50,439 bases of DNA from Patescibacteria group bacterium (GCA_038064495.1 JBBTSZ010000008.1:1-50439), one strand, 5' to 3'. Numbered from the stretch's first letter, positions 8,050 through 17,012 are shown. The notes: generated by a model from the sequence alone, not told the origin. Numbers and translations are program-made.

Positions 8050-8613
8050 ATGAAATCTGAACTCACGAACCTCCTTCCTCACGAGCGCAGTCGTAGCCTG
8101 ACGCGTGAATATTTTTTGCGTCTTGTCGTCGTCGCACTCTCAGGCCTCATCGTCGTAATCCTTGGAAGTGGTGTACTTCTTATCCCTTCGTACCTCTATC
8201 TAAATCAAGAAATTCAGTTGAAAGAAAAACAGGCAGCGGATATCGATGCCAGGCTGTCTTCAACAGAAGGTAAGGAGGCAAATGTACGTCTCCTTTCACT
8301 CACGCAAAACGCAAATTATTTATCACGACTCGCGACCACTTCTTCGGCAACCGCAGCGGTAAAAGCGGTGCTTAACGTACCAAGAAATGGCATAACACTC
8401 ACCGGCTTTACGTATACCCCGGCAAGTGCGAAGGGAATTGACGGCAAGATGACCCTAAAAGGTACTGCTTCAACTCGCGAGACCTTGCGTGCGTATGTAG
8501 CGGCACTCGCCGCGCTACCCTTTGTGAGTAATGCAGATCTACCGATCAGTGCGTATGCGAAAGAAAATAACATTCCGTTCGTGATTACGCTTACGGGTAC
8601 GCTTTTACCATGA
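8050..8613 (+). CDS. pilN: PilN-like pilus assembly protein
   Basis: N-terminal NLLP motif (TNLLPHER), a single TM helix, then a coiled coil. Sits in the position after pilM. Confidence 0.65.
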   Translation: MKSELTNLLPHERSRSLTREYFLRLVVVALSGLIVVILGSGVLLIPSYLYLNQEIQLKEKQAADIDARLSSTEGKEANVRLLSLTQNANYLSRLATTSSATAAVKAVLNVPRNGITLTGFTYTPASAKGIDGKMTLKGTASTRETLRAYVAALAALPFVSNADLPISAYAKENNIPFVITLTGTLLP

Positions 8614-9161
8614 GCAAGAAAAGTCTCGTCACACTCTTCATAACGATACTCATCCTTGCCTTTATGGGTGGACTCTATGGCTTTGCGTATTACGGACTTT
8701 CAACGGCAACCGCAAAGGTAGAGAAACTACAGGATGAGATCGATACGAAAGGTTTTCAACTTGAACGTCTCACACGAGGACGTTCCGAACTTGAGACACT
8801 CGCTGTGGACGAAGCTGAGATACGTCAGTACATTCTTGGAAAAGAAGACGTCGTGCCATTTTTAGAAACGCTGCAGTCGGGTGGTCGATCACTCGGTACG
8901 AAGATAGAAGTACTTTCCGTTTCCGATGCTCCCATTGCCGGACACCCAAGAATTGCACTCTCGATTACTATTACGGGAACGTTTGACGCCGTTATGCGTA
9001 CTCTGGGAAGTATTGAATACGGTCCGTATGATGGTGTGCTCACGAACCTCACACTTGATACGAGTGGCTCTGATATAAAAGGTGCTTCAACATGGACCGC
9101 AGCAAGTGTTTTTAGTCTCGGTGTACGACCGGTTGCTACTAGCACAAAAGCAAAGCCATGA
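8610..9161 (+). CDS. pilO: PilO-like pilus assembly protein
   Basis: Single TM helix, a coiled coil (KVEKLQDEIDTKGFQLERL) and a C-terminal beta-rich domain. 4-nt overlap with pilN. Confidence 0.55.
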   Translation: MSKKSLVTLFITILILAFMGGLYGFAYYGLSTATAKVEKLQDEIDTKGFQLERLTRGRSELETLAVDEAEIRQYILGKEDVVPFLETLQSGGRSLGTKIEVLSVSDAPIAGHPRIALSITITGTFDAVMRTLGSIEYGPYDGVLTNLTLDTSGSDIKGASTWTAASVFSLGVRPVATSTKAKP

Positions 9162-9478
9162 ACTTCACCACCCTACAAAAAACACTTGGTCGTATCTTTC
9201 GTAACGTTAGGTACGGCTCACATCCAAAACCGTACCGTGACTGGTTTTGGATACTGATTGTTACGCTCACGCTCCTTATTGGTAGTGTTGGCTGGAGTTA
9301 CTATGTCTTTCTCTCAACAAGTAGCGATGACAGCGGTACCTCCGCAGTGAGTCTTAAGAGAACGTTACCCACCATTCCCCTTGATGCGGTTAAACATCTC
9401 TTCATGGTGCGTGCTGAGGAGCGTGCGCACTACCTTTCTGATTATCATTTCGTTGACCCGTCACGTCCTCAGCGATAA
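9158..9478 (+). CDS. hypothetical single-TM protein, translationally coupled to the pilMNO cluster
   Basis: 106-aa ORF overlapping the pilO stop by 4 nt; TM segment WFWILIVTLTLLIGSVGWSYYVF. Confidence 0.5.
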   Translation: MNFTTLQKTLGRIFRNVRYGSHPKPYRDWFWILIVTLTLLIGSVGWSYYVFLSTSSDDSGTSAVSLKRTLPTIPLDAVKHLFMVRAEERAHYLSDYHFVDPSRPQR

Positions 9479-9487
9479 GGTACTAAA

Positions 9488-9559
9488 GCCTCCGTAGTTC
9501 AATGGATAGAACACCGGACTTCTAAGCCGATTATGTAAGTTCGATTCTTACCGGAGGCA
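9488..9559 (+). tRNA. tRNA-Arg(UCU), no encoded CCA
   Basis: Perfect acceptor (GCCTCCG/CGGAGGC), D stem and T stem, with anticodon loop CTTCTAA. The anticodon stem is weak: 3 GC pairs flanked by mismatches. Confidence 0.75.
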
Positions 9560-9577
9560 CAGACTACGAAACGTGTG

Positions 9578-9650
9578 TGGGCGCTAGAGGACTCGAACCT
9601 CTGACCATCCCGGTGTAAACGGGGCGCTCTACCAACTGAGCTAAGCGCCC
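9578..9650 (-). tRNA. tRNA-Val(UAC), no encoded CCA
   Basis: Reverse complement GGGCGCT TA GCTC AGTTGGTA GAGC G CCCCG TTTACAC CGGGA TGGTC AGAGG TTCGAGT CCTCT AGCGCCC A. Confidence 0.85.
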
Positions 9651-9745
9651 TTAGCAAACGTGCTAAGGGAAGCACCTACGCACCATATCGCATAATGCGT
9701 TTTTTTTGAAGTAACCTCGCTCAGCTATACGGTGTTCTTATCTAT

Positions 9746-10024
9746 ATGACTGAACGTCTCGAAGCAATTGTATCTGGACGGGTCCAAATGGTGATGTTTC
9801 GTGATTTTACGCAGAGAAAGGCAACCGGATTACACGTGACTGGAGAAGTGAAGAATGTGAGTGATGGAACCGTTGCCGTAACAGCCGAAGGACCACGCGC
9901 ATCGCTTGAAACACTGCTCACAAAACTACAACGAGGCTCGCTCCTGTCACATGTAGAAAATATAGATGTGAAGTGGGCACCTGCTACGGGTTCGTTCAAG
10001 AAATTCTCCATTACTTATGAGTAG
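9746..10024 (+). CDS. acyP: acylphosphatase
   Basis: GRVQMVMFRDF (GxVQGVxFR-type motif), ~92 aa, ferredoxin-like pattern. Confidence 0.8.
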   Translation: MTERLEAIVSGRVQMVMFRDFTQRKATGLHVTGEVKNVSDGTVAVTAEGPRASLETLLTKLQRGSLLSHVENIDVKWAPATGSFKKFSITYE

Positions 10025-10697
10025 ACGTCCTACCTCAGTCGGTCTTATCATGGACGGAAATCGCAGATATGCGAAAGAGCACGGCCTACCTACCTTTGAG
10101 GGCCACACGAAGGGACTCCAAAAGATGAAAGAAGTAGTGCATTGGGCACACCGTGCGGGTGTGAAAGAGATCACACTGTATGCCTTCTCAACTGAAAACT
10201 GGAAACGAGGAGCTGAAGAAGTCAGCTACCTGATGAAGCTCTTTGAGAAAGCCTTCGGGGATTGGCTTTGCGAACTCCGCGACAAAGGATTTCAGGTACG
10301 GTTCATTGGTGAACGCAAGCTTCCATCTCAAAAAATACTTTCGCTTATGGACAAAACTGAAGCAGAGACGAAAGCGGGTACCGAAGGAACGCTCACGATT
10401 GCGTTTTCATACGGAGGACGTGCGGAAATTATGCACGCAGTGAACACGCTGCTTGAGGAAGGAAAGAAAGAGGTTACCGAAGAGGAGTTCAAAAGTAAGA
10501 TGTGGAGTGCTGGCCTTTCCGATCCTGATCTCATTATTCGTACGAGCGGGGAACAACGCCTCTCAAACTTTCTTCCGTGGCAGTCCGTCTACAGCGAACT
10601 CTTTTTTACCAAGACCTACTGGCCCGATTTTTCCGAGGAAGAATTCAATTCCATTTTGGATGCATATGGCGCACGCGAGCGCAGAATCGGTGCATAA
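10017..10697 (+). CDS. uppS: isoprenyl transferase / undecaprenyl diphosphate synthase
   Basis: GLIMDGNRRYAKEHGL, TLYAFSTENWKR and RTSGEQRLSNFLPWQSVYSELFF. Confidence 0.9.
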   Translation: MSRRPTSVGLIMDGNRRYAKEHGLPTFEGHTKGLQKMKEVVHWAHRAGVKEITLYAFSTENWKRGAEEVSYLMKLFEKAFGDWLCELRDKGFQVRFIGERKLPSQKILSLMDKTEAETKAGTEGTLTIAFSYGGRAEIMHAVNTLLEEGKKEVTEEEFKSKMWSAGLSDPDLIIRTSGEQRLSNFLPWQSVYSELFFTKTYWPDFSEEEFNSILDAYGARERRIGA

Positions 10698-10722
10698 GTG
10701 AAGAAAATGGTAGGTTAGGGTT

Positions 10723-11460
10723 ATGGACCTCCCGATTCTCTACGAAGACGCCGACATGGTGGCTATTAATAAGCCGTCCGGTCTGATGACGCATCCAGAC
10801 GGCAAGACGACCGAAGAAACAGCCAGTGACTGGTTTGCTTCTAGATATCCAGAATCAAAAGAAGTGGGCGAGACCCAGCGACTGCAGGATGGCTCAGAAA
10901 TAACGCGCCCAGGTGTGGTACATCGCCTTGATAGAGAAACATCCGGTGTGCTCGTGTTTGCAAAGACTCCGGAAGCGCACGCACGGCTCAAGCTCGCGTT
11001 CCAAGATCGTCAGGCAAAGAAAACATATCTTGCGTTCGTCTATGGCGTACCCAAAGAACGAAAGGGGATTATTGATTTTGCAATTGGGCGTTCGCGCCAA
11101 GACTTTCGTCTTCGGAGTGCTCAGCCAAAAGCGCGCGGCACTATGCGTGACGCGCTTACGCGCTACCGAATCATAAGTGACATCAAAAGCCACTCTCTTG
11201 TTGAGTTATCTCCTGAAACAGGCCGGACGCACCAGATTCGCGTCCACTTGAAAGCCATCCATCACCCGGTCGTGTGCGATCCGCTCTACGCACCAAACCA
11301 GAAATGCGACCTGGATTTCAATCGTCTTGGCCTCCACGCCTACACTCTTGAACTCACACTCGCCTCCGGAGCCCATGTTGTGCTCCGAGCCCCTATTCCC
11401 GAGGATTTAGTGCCCGCTTTCAAGAAATTCCCTGAAACTGAGGAGTTTCTTGCCCCGTAG
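10723..11460 (+). CDS. RluA-family 23S rRNA/tRNA pseudouridine synthase (no S4 domain)
   Basis: [15 protein letters not shown] catalytic-Asp motif and [10 protein letters not shown]. Confidence 0.85.
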   Translation: MDLPILYEDADMVAINKPSGLMTHPDGKTTEETASDWFASRYPESKEVGETQRLQDGSEITRPGVVHRLDRETSGVLVFAKTPEAHARLKLAFQDRQAKKTYLAFVYGVPKERKGIIDFAIGRSRQDFRLRSAQPKARGTMRDALTRYRIISDIKSHSLVELSPETGRTHQIRVHLKAIHHPVVCDPLYAPNQKCDLDFNRLGLHAYTLELTLASGAHVVLRAPIPEDLVPAFKKFPETEEFLAP

Positions 11461-11488
11461 TGCACGCTATGATACAGTTCCAACCACT

Positions 11489-12025
11489 ATGCAAGGTGTA
11501 ATCACCCCCGTATCAACACAAGAACGCGTACAGCTCGGCATTCGCCCGGGTGATACAGTTCGTGTGCACCAGAAAGTTATTGAAAAGGGAAAGACTCGTC
11601 TCCAGGTATTTGAGGGTCTTGTTATCGCGGTAAAGCACGGCACTGAGGCCGGAGGTACCTTTACGGTACGCGCACAGATGTCTGGCGTTGGTGTAGAGAA
11701 AATCTTCCCACTCTATTCTCCCGTTATCGATAAGATTGAAATCACGAAGCGTTCTAAGGTCCGTCGCGCAAAGCTCTACTTCATTCGTGAGAAGGTTGCT
11801 CGTGAGGTACGTCGCCAGCTCCGCAATATGCGCATGGTAAAGATGTCCACTGAGGATTTTAAGGAAGAGGTTCCTGAGGAGATGCCTGAAGAAGTTGCCA
11901 CCCCCGACGCACCGGCAATTGAGGCTGGAGCACCTGAGACACTTGAGGAAGAGGCAGCGGCAACAGAAGCTGAAAACGAAGCTCCTCTAGCTTCAGAAGA
12001 AGAGAAGAAAGAAGAGGCGGTATAA
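11489..12025 (+). CDS. rplS: 50S ribosomal protein L19 with a ~60-aa acidic C-terminal extension
   Basis: [59 protein letters not shown] at 11489 is preferred to the TTG at 11450. The tail is Glu/Ala/Pro rich. Confidence 0.9.
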   Translation: MQGVITPVSTQERVQLGIRPGDTVRVHQKVIEKGKTRLQVFEGLVIAVKHGTEAGGTFTVRAQMSGVGVEKIFPLYSPVIDKIEITKRSKVRRAKLYFIREKVAREVRRQLRNMRMVKMSTEDFKEEVPEEMPEEVATPDAPAIEAGAPETLEEEAAATEAENEAPLASEEEKKEEAV

Positions 12026-12076
12026 GCCGCTCTCTTTATTTGTAGTAGGTGGTGCGCTATAGTCCTTGAACATCTT

Positions 12077-12161
12077 GCCCAGGTGTTGAAATTGGTAGAC
12101 AAGCATCCTTGAGGTGGATGTGCCGCAAGGCGTGGAGGTTCAAGTCCTCTCCTGGGCACCA
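12077..12161 (+). tRNA. tRNA-Leu(GAG) with encoded CCA
   Basis: GCCCAGG..anticodon arm CATCC TTGAGGT GGATG, long variable arm, T-arm GGAGG TTCAAGT CCTCT, then CCTGGGC A CCA. Confidence 0.9.
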
Positions 12162-12167
12162 AACAAG

Positions 12168-12195
12168 AAAACCGAATGCGCACGCATTCGGTTTT
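12168..12195 (+). terminator. intrinsic terminator after tRNA-Leu
   Basis: aaaaccgaatgcg cac gcattcggtttt. Confidence 0.8.
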
Positions 12196-12208
12196 CATTG
12201 TCTAGGTA

Positions 12209-12222
12209 GCCCAGGAGAGGAC
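12209..12222 (-). repeat. inverted 14-nt copy of the tRNA-Leu T-stem/acceptor 3' end
   Basis: gcccaggagaggac is the exact reverse complement of gtcctctcctgggc at 12144-12157. Confidence 0.8.
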
Positions 12223-12289
12223 GTGAAAAGCTTTTTAAACCTCATGTATCGCATAAGAAAAGGCCGCGCTATAAGCGCGGCCAATAAGG

Positions 12290-12925
12290 TTAGTGATGGT
12301 GTGCATCTTCTGGAGTCAGCATCATACGTGCGGTAAGCCAAATCAAAACGAGACTTAGAATGGCCGAGAGGACTGAGTCCGCACGAACCAAACCGGAATA
12401 CCACACAATGATTCCCGTAATGATGACGAGCACACTTCCGAGTAAATCAGTGAGAATGTGCAGCATCTGTACACGGCTCGTGTGGTTGTACTCACCACCC
12501 TCCATAACTTTGATTTGAAGCAGATTGCCAAGTCCTCCTACAACAGCAAATGCCGTCAGTAGGGGACCGTCCACCACGACCGTCTCCGCGCGGAGTCGAT
12601 ACACTGATTCGGACAAGCTGAACAAGAGAACCAAGATTAAGAGACCCCCGCTTGCACGCATGTACCTAAGACGAAAGGCATCTTCCTCGGCATGATCCTT
12701 CGCCTTATGGGCAACGAAGATAGAGATGCCGTATCCGACCGTGTCCGAAAATACGTGTGCGCTATCCGTGAGGAGCGCCAGACTTCCCGAAAGTACACTC
12801 CCGAGTATCTGAAAGATACAGACTCCGAGTGTTATAAAAAGACCAATTTTATATCTGCGTAATTCACACGAACACTCCCGAGGAGAAGCGGCCGTGCATG
12901 ATGCAAAGTGTCCCTTGCGTCTCAT
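12290..12925 (-). CDS. cation diffusion facilitator (CDF) family transporter, membrane domain only
   Basis: SLALLTDSAHVFSD (TM2 HxxxD-type site), HILTDLLGSV (TM5), a C-terminal HHH and a Cys-rich N-terminus. A minus-strand terminator hairpin follows at 12255-12282. Confidence 0.8.
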   Translation of the reverse strand: MRRKGHFASCTAASPRECSCELRRYKIGLFITLGVCIFQILGSVLSGSLALLTDSAHVFSDTVGYGISIFVAHKAKDHAEEDAFRLRYMRASGGLLILVLLFSLSESVYRLRAETVVVDGPLLTAFAVVGGLGNLLQIKVMEGGEYNHTSRVQMLHILTDLLGSVLVIITGIIVWYSGLVRADSVLSAILSLVLIWLTARMMLTPEDAHHH

Positions 12926-13013
12926 TTCCGTTCCTTTCAGAGAGGTTCAACCACAGAGAAAATACCACACACTCTTTATCTGTCTATGTTTGCGTGCTAT
13001 AACGCACGTACAT

Positions 13014-13090
13014 GGCGGCCTTAGCTCAGCTGGTAGAGCTCTGGTTTGTGGTACCAGTGGTCGTGGGTTCGAGCCCCACAGGTCGCCCCA
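13014..13090 (+). tRNA. tRNA-His(GUG) with encoded G-1 and CCA
   Basis: G(-1) GCGGCCT TA GCTC AGCTGGTA GAGC T CTGGT TTGTGGT ACCAG..GTGGG TTCGAGC CCCAC AGGTCGC C CCA. Confidence 0.9.
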
Positions 13091-13198
13091 ACAGTTCTGA
13101 AACGAAGAAAGCAGGAGATATTGACGGATAGTATAATGTGTGTTAAATTAAATATGGAAGTTGCTTGCAACACATAGAATCAAGAAAGGAAATGCTAG

Positions 13199-13801
13199 AT
13201 GCACGACGTTCCTTGTCATGCTACCTGCTCAGGAAGCCAAGAACAATTCTCGACGTCCGAAAGCCTAAGTCCAATTGCTATTGCCATCGATCTTAAGTGG
13301 CTTGAGCAACTTAAATCAATTCGGATGGTCATCTATCTTCCGCTCCTCTTTGGGGGAATTCTCAGCACAATCATGACCGTCATTCTCGTTGTGTTTCTCA
13401 TCTCGAGTGAGCCTATGTCAAAGGAGGGATTGATTGTGTATGCGTGGATGCTCTTCATTACGTTACCTCTTGGAATCTTGAGTTTCCACCTAAATCGCAC
13501 AATTAACAGAATAGTAGCCAGACTTGGCTCAAAGACTGTTAGTAAAAAAGCCAATCTTGTCCACGACCTGAACATTCTTCTGAAGAATATGCGACTGAGT
13601 CCGGCAGATTTGCGCAACATGAACTTGGAGACAATTCGAGCCGAAGCCCAAGACAGAATTCGCTCTCTGGATCAACAAGCGCTTCATTTACAAGATCGAA
13701 GCGGAGGAGCCTCGCTTGATGCACAGCTGACTGTTCAGGAAGCAATGCTTTGTGTGAGTAAAGAACGGGAAGCATATGAGCGTCTCGAACTTCTGCACTA
13801 A
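13199..13801 (+). CDS. hypothetical membrane protein (2 TM helices plus C-terminal coiled coil)
   Basis: 200-aa ORF preceded by aaggaaa SD-like sequence. It looks more AT-rich than its neighbours by eye. No recognisable domain. Confidence 0.5.
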   Translation: MHDVPCHATCSGSQEQFSTSESLSPIAIAIDLKWLEQLKSIRMVIYLPLLFGGILSTIMTVILVVFLISSEPMSKEGLIVYAWMLFITLPLGILSFHLNRTINRIVARLGSKTVSKKANLVHDLNILLKNMRLSPADLRNMNLETIRAEAQDRIRSLDQQALHLQDRSGGASLDAQLTVQEAMLCVSKEREAYERLELLH

Positions 13802-13888
13802 GACTACAAAATAGTGTTTCCTCGAATGATTTTTCTGAAGACCATCCCTCGGGATGGTCTTCTTTCTTTGTGCTACCATCGACTGCAT

Positions 13889-14548
13889 ATGAAACAGCTT
13901 ATTGCCGGGATTATCGTCATTGTGGTTATTGGCGCAGGAGCTTTTTTCTATAGAAATATTCTTGAACATCCTGCGTTTCCGGTAGGAATTACGGCGTGTA
14001 GTCAGGAAGCGAAAGTGTGTCCGGATGGTACGTCCGTCGGACGAACAGGGCCGGCCTGTGCATTTGCATCCTGCCCACTTCCAAATGCAGAAGATGCAGC
14101 CATCAGTCTCGCGTTTGTAATTCCCTCAGGTTATAGCGCAAACGCTGACGCGATAGGCTCAGACGAAACGCTCCGAGCCGTTTTCGATAAGCCTTCTAAA
14201 GGTGAGGTGCCTCACACAATCCTCGTCCGACGCTTTGCAATTTCAGCAGGGAAGACTGCCGAGGCAACAATACTTGAGCACACCATGTATGAGTCATCAG
14301 GCGAGCAGCCAAAATCAATCAGTGAATTCAAGGTAAAAATGATTCATGATAAGAAATTTCTCTGCGTGACGTTAGAACGATTTGAAGGACAGATACATAC
14401 CGCGTGCTATCTCGAACGTGCACAGGACGTCCTTCGTTTTGAGGTCCTTGAAAAGGACGTTGATTGGACGAACCCGGCGCTTGTCGTAGACACTCTCCCA
14501 GAACACGGCCTGTTCTACGCGATGCTTGCGACGATTCAAACGCCGTAA
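13889..14548 (+). CDS. hypothetical secreted/membrane-anchored protein
   Basis: MKQLIAGIIVIVVIGAGAFFY signal anchor followed by a Cys-containing region. ATG at 13889 is preferred to 13814. Confidence 0.55.
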   Translation: MKQLIAGIIVIVVIGAGAFFYRNILEHPAFPVGITACSQEAKVCPDGTSVGRTGPACAFASCPLPNAEDAAISLAFVIPSGYSANADAIGSDETLRAVFDKPSKGEVPHTILVRRFAISAGKTAEATILEHTMYESSGEQPKSISEFKVKMIHDKKFLCVTLERFEGQIHTACYLERAQDVLRFEVLEKDVDWTNPALVVDTLPEHGLFYAMLATIQTP

Positions 14549-14645
14549 GTATGGAGGATATCGAGCGTCATAGCTCGCACACCGTCCTCCGCACCCTCGC
14601 GGAGGTATTGGTATACTAGAAACACTTACTCATTAGTATCACTAT

Positions 14646-15449
14646 ATGGAACCTCGCTCAGTATTTGATGATTTGTTTAATTCCTCCGCCGTTCGAATCT
14701 CGCTGGTAGGAGTGTTTGCGATTCTCGCCCTCTTTTTGTTTGCAAAAACAATGGACATTGTTCAGGACTTTGGACGTACTGATCTTTCTAATATTGCTAC
14801 CATAAGCATCACCGGAACGGGAAAAGCCTCAGTCGCTCCAAATGTCGCTCAAATCTCGTTTTCTGTGGAAGAGCGAGCTACAACCGTAGCGGCTGCACAA
14901 GATTCAGCAACCAAACGTACCAACGACACACTCGCAGGGCTTACAAAACTCGGTATTCTTGATAAAGACATCAAGACAAGTGGCTACAACGTGAATCCAA
15001 TGTATGCAACACCAAGCTGTCCGCCTGGCACCTTCTGTCCAGCACAAAACGGAAAGATAACTGGCTACACGGTTACGCAGAGTATTGAAGTAAAAGTTCG
15101 TGACACCGCGAAGACGGGCGAAGTCCTACAGCTTCTTGGTACCGAAGGTGTCCAGAACGTATCTGGACCGAACTTCATGGTTGACGACACCTCTCTCGTT
15201 GATGCTGAGGCGCGTGGCAAGGCCATTGATGACGCACACCAAAAAGGAGAAGTGCTTGCTCGCCAGCTTGGCGTACATCTTGGTAAAGTTGTTGGCTTCT
15301 CTGAGAATGGCTCCTCCATGCCGTATCCAATGTTTGCCGGTGGTCTTACAAAGACCGCAACTGCAGATCGTGAAAGTGTAGCTCCGAGTGTGCCAACCGG
15401 AGAGAATGAGACGGTTAGTAACGTCACTATTGTCTACGAAATCCGTTAA
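14646..15449 (+). CDS. SIMPL (DUF541) domain protein
   Basis: N-terminal TM helix, then ISITGTGKASVAPNVAQISFSVE...TGYTVTQSIEVKVRD...ARGKAIDDAHQKGEVLARQLG, the typical SIMPL/26-kDa periplasmic antigen pattern. Confidence 0.75.
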   Translation: MEPRSVFDDLFNSSAVRISLVGVFAILALFLFAKTMDIVQDFGRTDLSNIATISITGTGKASVAPNVAQISFSVEERATTVAAAQDSATKRTNDTLAGLTKLGILDKDIKTSGYNVNPMYATPSCPPGTFCPAQNGKITGYTVTQSIEVKVRDTAKTGEVLQLLGTEGVQNVSGPNFMVDDTSLVDAEARGKAIDDAHQKGEVLARQLGVHLGKVVGFSENGSSMPYPMFAGGLTKTATADRESVAPSVPTGENETVSNVTIVYEIR

Positions 15450-15454
15450 GTGCG

Positions 15455-15568
15455 TCCCAAAACCAGCTCTCTTTTGTTGTTCTCATCGCTCAAACATTCA
15501 ACGTACTATGAGTACGCCTCATGTTTTCGCTTGAGAACGCCTCGGATAGCAGATTTTTTGAATCGCAC
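15455..15568 (+). repeat. MITE-like imperfect-palindromic intergenic repeat, copy B
   Basis: Starts 6 nt after the stop codon. Central hairpin cgtactatgagtacg at 15502-15516, flanked by pairing arms aacat/atgtt and ctcaa/ttgag. Aligns with copies A, C, D and E. Confidence 0.7.
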
Positions 15569-15676
15569 TCATAAGTGAGCTTCTGCAAGCTCGTTTGACA
15601 TAGATAGCAGGCCGTACTATCATATTGGTAATCAAGGCCCGAGGGCCTTTTTTATTAGAACTCATTTGCGAAGCAT

Positions 15677-15862
15677 ATGAATGCACTCGTCACCTATTTG
15701 AAGAACGTTCGCGCTGAGATGACTCATGTCGTTTGGCCTGACCGTATGCAGGGATTGTGGCACACGCTTCTCATTGTGGTTATTTCAGCCGTCCTCGCAC
15801 TTTTTATTGCCGGACTTGATTACATCTTTACCGGTGTGGTGAGCAAACTTCTTGGTGCGTAA
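15677..15862 (+). CDS. secE: preprotein translocase subunit SecE
   Basis: 61 aa with KNVRAEMTHVVWP and a single C-terminal TM helix. Sits directly upstream of nusG in the canonical order. Confidence 0.85.
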   Translation: MNALVTYLKNVRAEMTHVVWPDRMQGLWHTLLIVVISAVLALFIAGLDYIFTGVVSKLLGA

Positions 15863-15886
15863 GCAGACCTCTAACCTTTCTACACT

Positions 15887-16456
15887 ATGGAAATGAAAAC
15901 CATCCCCCATTTTGATGACAGCGCGGCCTCAACTGAGCCTCGCTGGTACACCATCCACACCTACGCAGGGTACGAGAACGCCGTTGAGCGTAACTTGAAG
16001 CAGCGCATTGAATCTCTTGGTATGGAAGGAAAAATCTTTGAGGTAGTTGTTCCAACCGAAAAGAAAATCCGTGTGAAGGGCGGCAAGCGTGTTGTTGAAG
16101 AAGAGAAGATTTACCCAGGCTACATTCTCGTACGCATGATTGTGGACGAGGATTCGTGGTTTGTCGTGCGCAACACACCACGTGTGACTGGATTTGTTGG
16201 TTCCGGTACCACCCCCGTTCCTATGGAAGAGTCAGAAATCGCAACCCTCATGAAGCGCATGGGTCAGGAAGCACCGAAGCATCGCATTGACCTCATGAAG
16301 GATGACCCGGTTATCATCGGCGACGGTCCGTTTAAGGACCTTGAAGGTAAGGTGGGAGAAATTGATGAAGACCGTGGCAAGGTAAAAGTGCTCGTATCCA
16401 TGTTCGGTCGAGAAACTCCCGTTGAGCTGGATTTCTTGCAGGTTAAGAAGCTCTAG
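15887..16456 (+). CDS. nusG: transcription termination/antitermination factor NusG
   Basis: RWYTIHTYAGYENAV NGN-domain start and a C-terminal KOW (GPFKDLEGKVGEIDEDRGKVKVLVSMFGRETPVEL). Confidence 0.9.
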   Translation: MEMKTIPHFDDSAASTEPRWYTIHTYAGYENAVERNLKQRIESLGMEGKIFEVVVPTEKKIRVKGGKRVVEEEKIYPGYILVRMIVDEDSWFVVRNTPRVTGFVGSGTTPVPMEESEIATLMKRMGQEAPKHRIDLMKDDPVIIGDGPFKDLEGKVGEIDEDRGKVKVLVSMFGRETPVELDFLQVKKL

Positions 16457-16478
16457 CGTACAGTCGTAACACACATAT

Positions 16479-16901
16479 ATGGCAAAAGTAGTAAAGAAAA
16501 TTAAGCTCCAGATTCCAGCAGGTAAGGCAACTCCTGCTCCTCCTGTCGGTACCGTACTTGGTCCGGCTGGCGTTAACATTGGCGATTTCGTCAACAAGTT
16601 CAACGAAGCAACTAAAGACCGTATGGGCCAGATTGTTCCGGTGGAACTCTTTGTCTATGAGGACCGCACCTTCACTTTTGTACTCAAGGTGTCCCCAATG
16701 TCTCGTCTCATCCTCGCTGCACTCGGAGTAGATAAGGGTTCTGGTAAGACCCCTAACGCGAAAGTAGGAACACTTACACGTGAGCAGATTCGTCAGATTG
16801 CAGAAACAAAGATGCCAGACCTTTCCGCCTCTTCTCCTGAAGCAGCTGAAAAGACCGTAGAAGGAACTGCACGTTCTATGGGTGTTGGGGTGCCAAACTA
16901 A
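16479..16901 (+). CDS. rplK: 50S ribosomal protein L11
   Basis: [35 protein letters not shown]. Confidence 0.92.
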   Translation: MAKVVKKIKLQIPAGKATPAPPVGTVLGPAGVNIGDFVNKFNEATKDRMGQIVPVELFVYEDRTFTFVLKVSPMSRLILAALGVDKGSGKTPNAKVGTLTREQIRQIAETKMPDLSASSPEAAEKTVEGTARSMGVGVPN

Positions 16902-16905
16902 GAAC

Positions 16906-17012
16906 TGACCCCATCTGCATTGTTGCGAGGTTCGCTCAAATGCTCACTGTACACGTCGTACACCTCGCATTTTCGCTCGCTCGCGCCTAGCATCTCGGGC
17001 CATTTCTTAGTC
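16906..17012 (+). repeat. MITE-like intergenic repeat, diverged copy C
   Basis: ttcgctcaaatgctcac tgtacacgtcgtaca cctcgcattttcgct: the same architecture as copy B, with compensatory changes (atgc/gcat; tgtac/gtaca). Confidence 0.6.

Noticed and set aside
13091-13801. AT-richer segment with a hypothetical membrane protein directly 3' of tRNA-His, considered as a possible small genomic island
   Set aside because: No repeat of the tRNA-His 3' end was found downstream, and there is no integrase or mobility gene. The compositional shift is modest and was judged only by eye.
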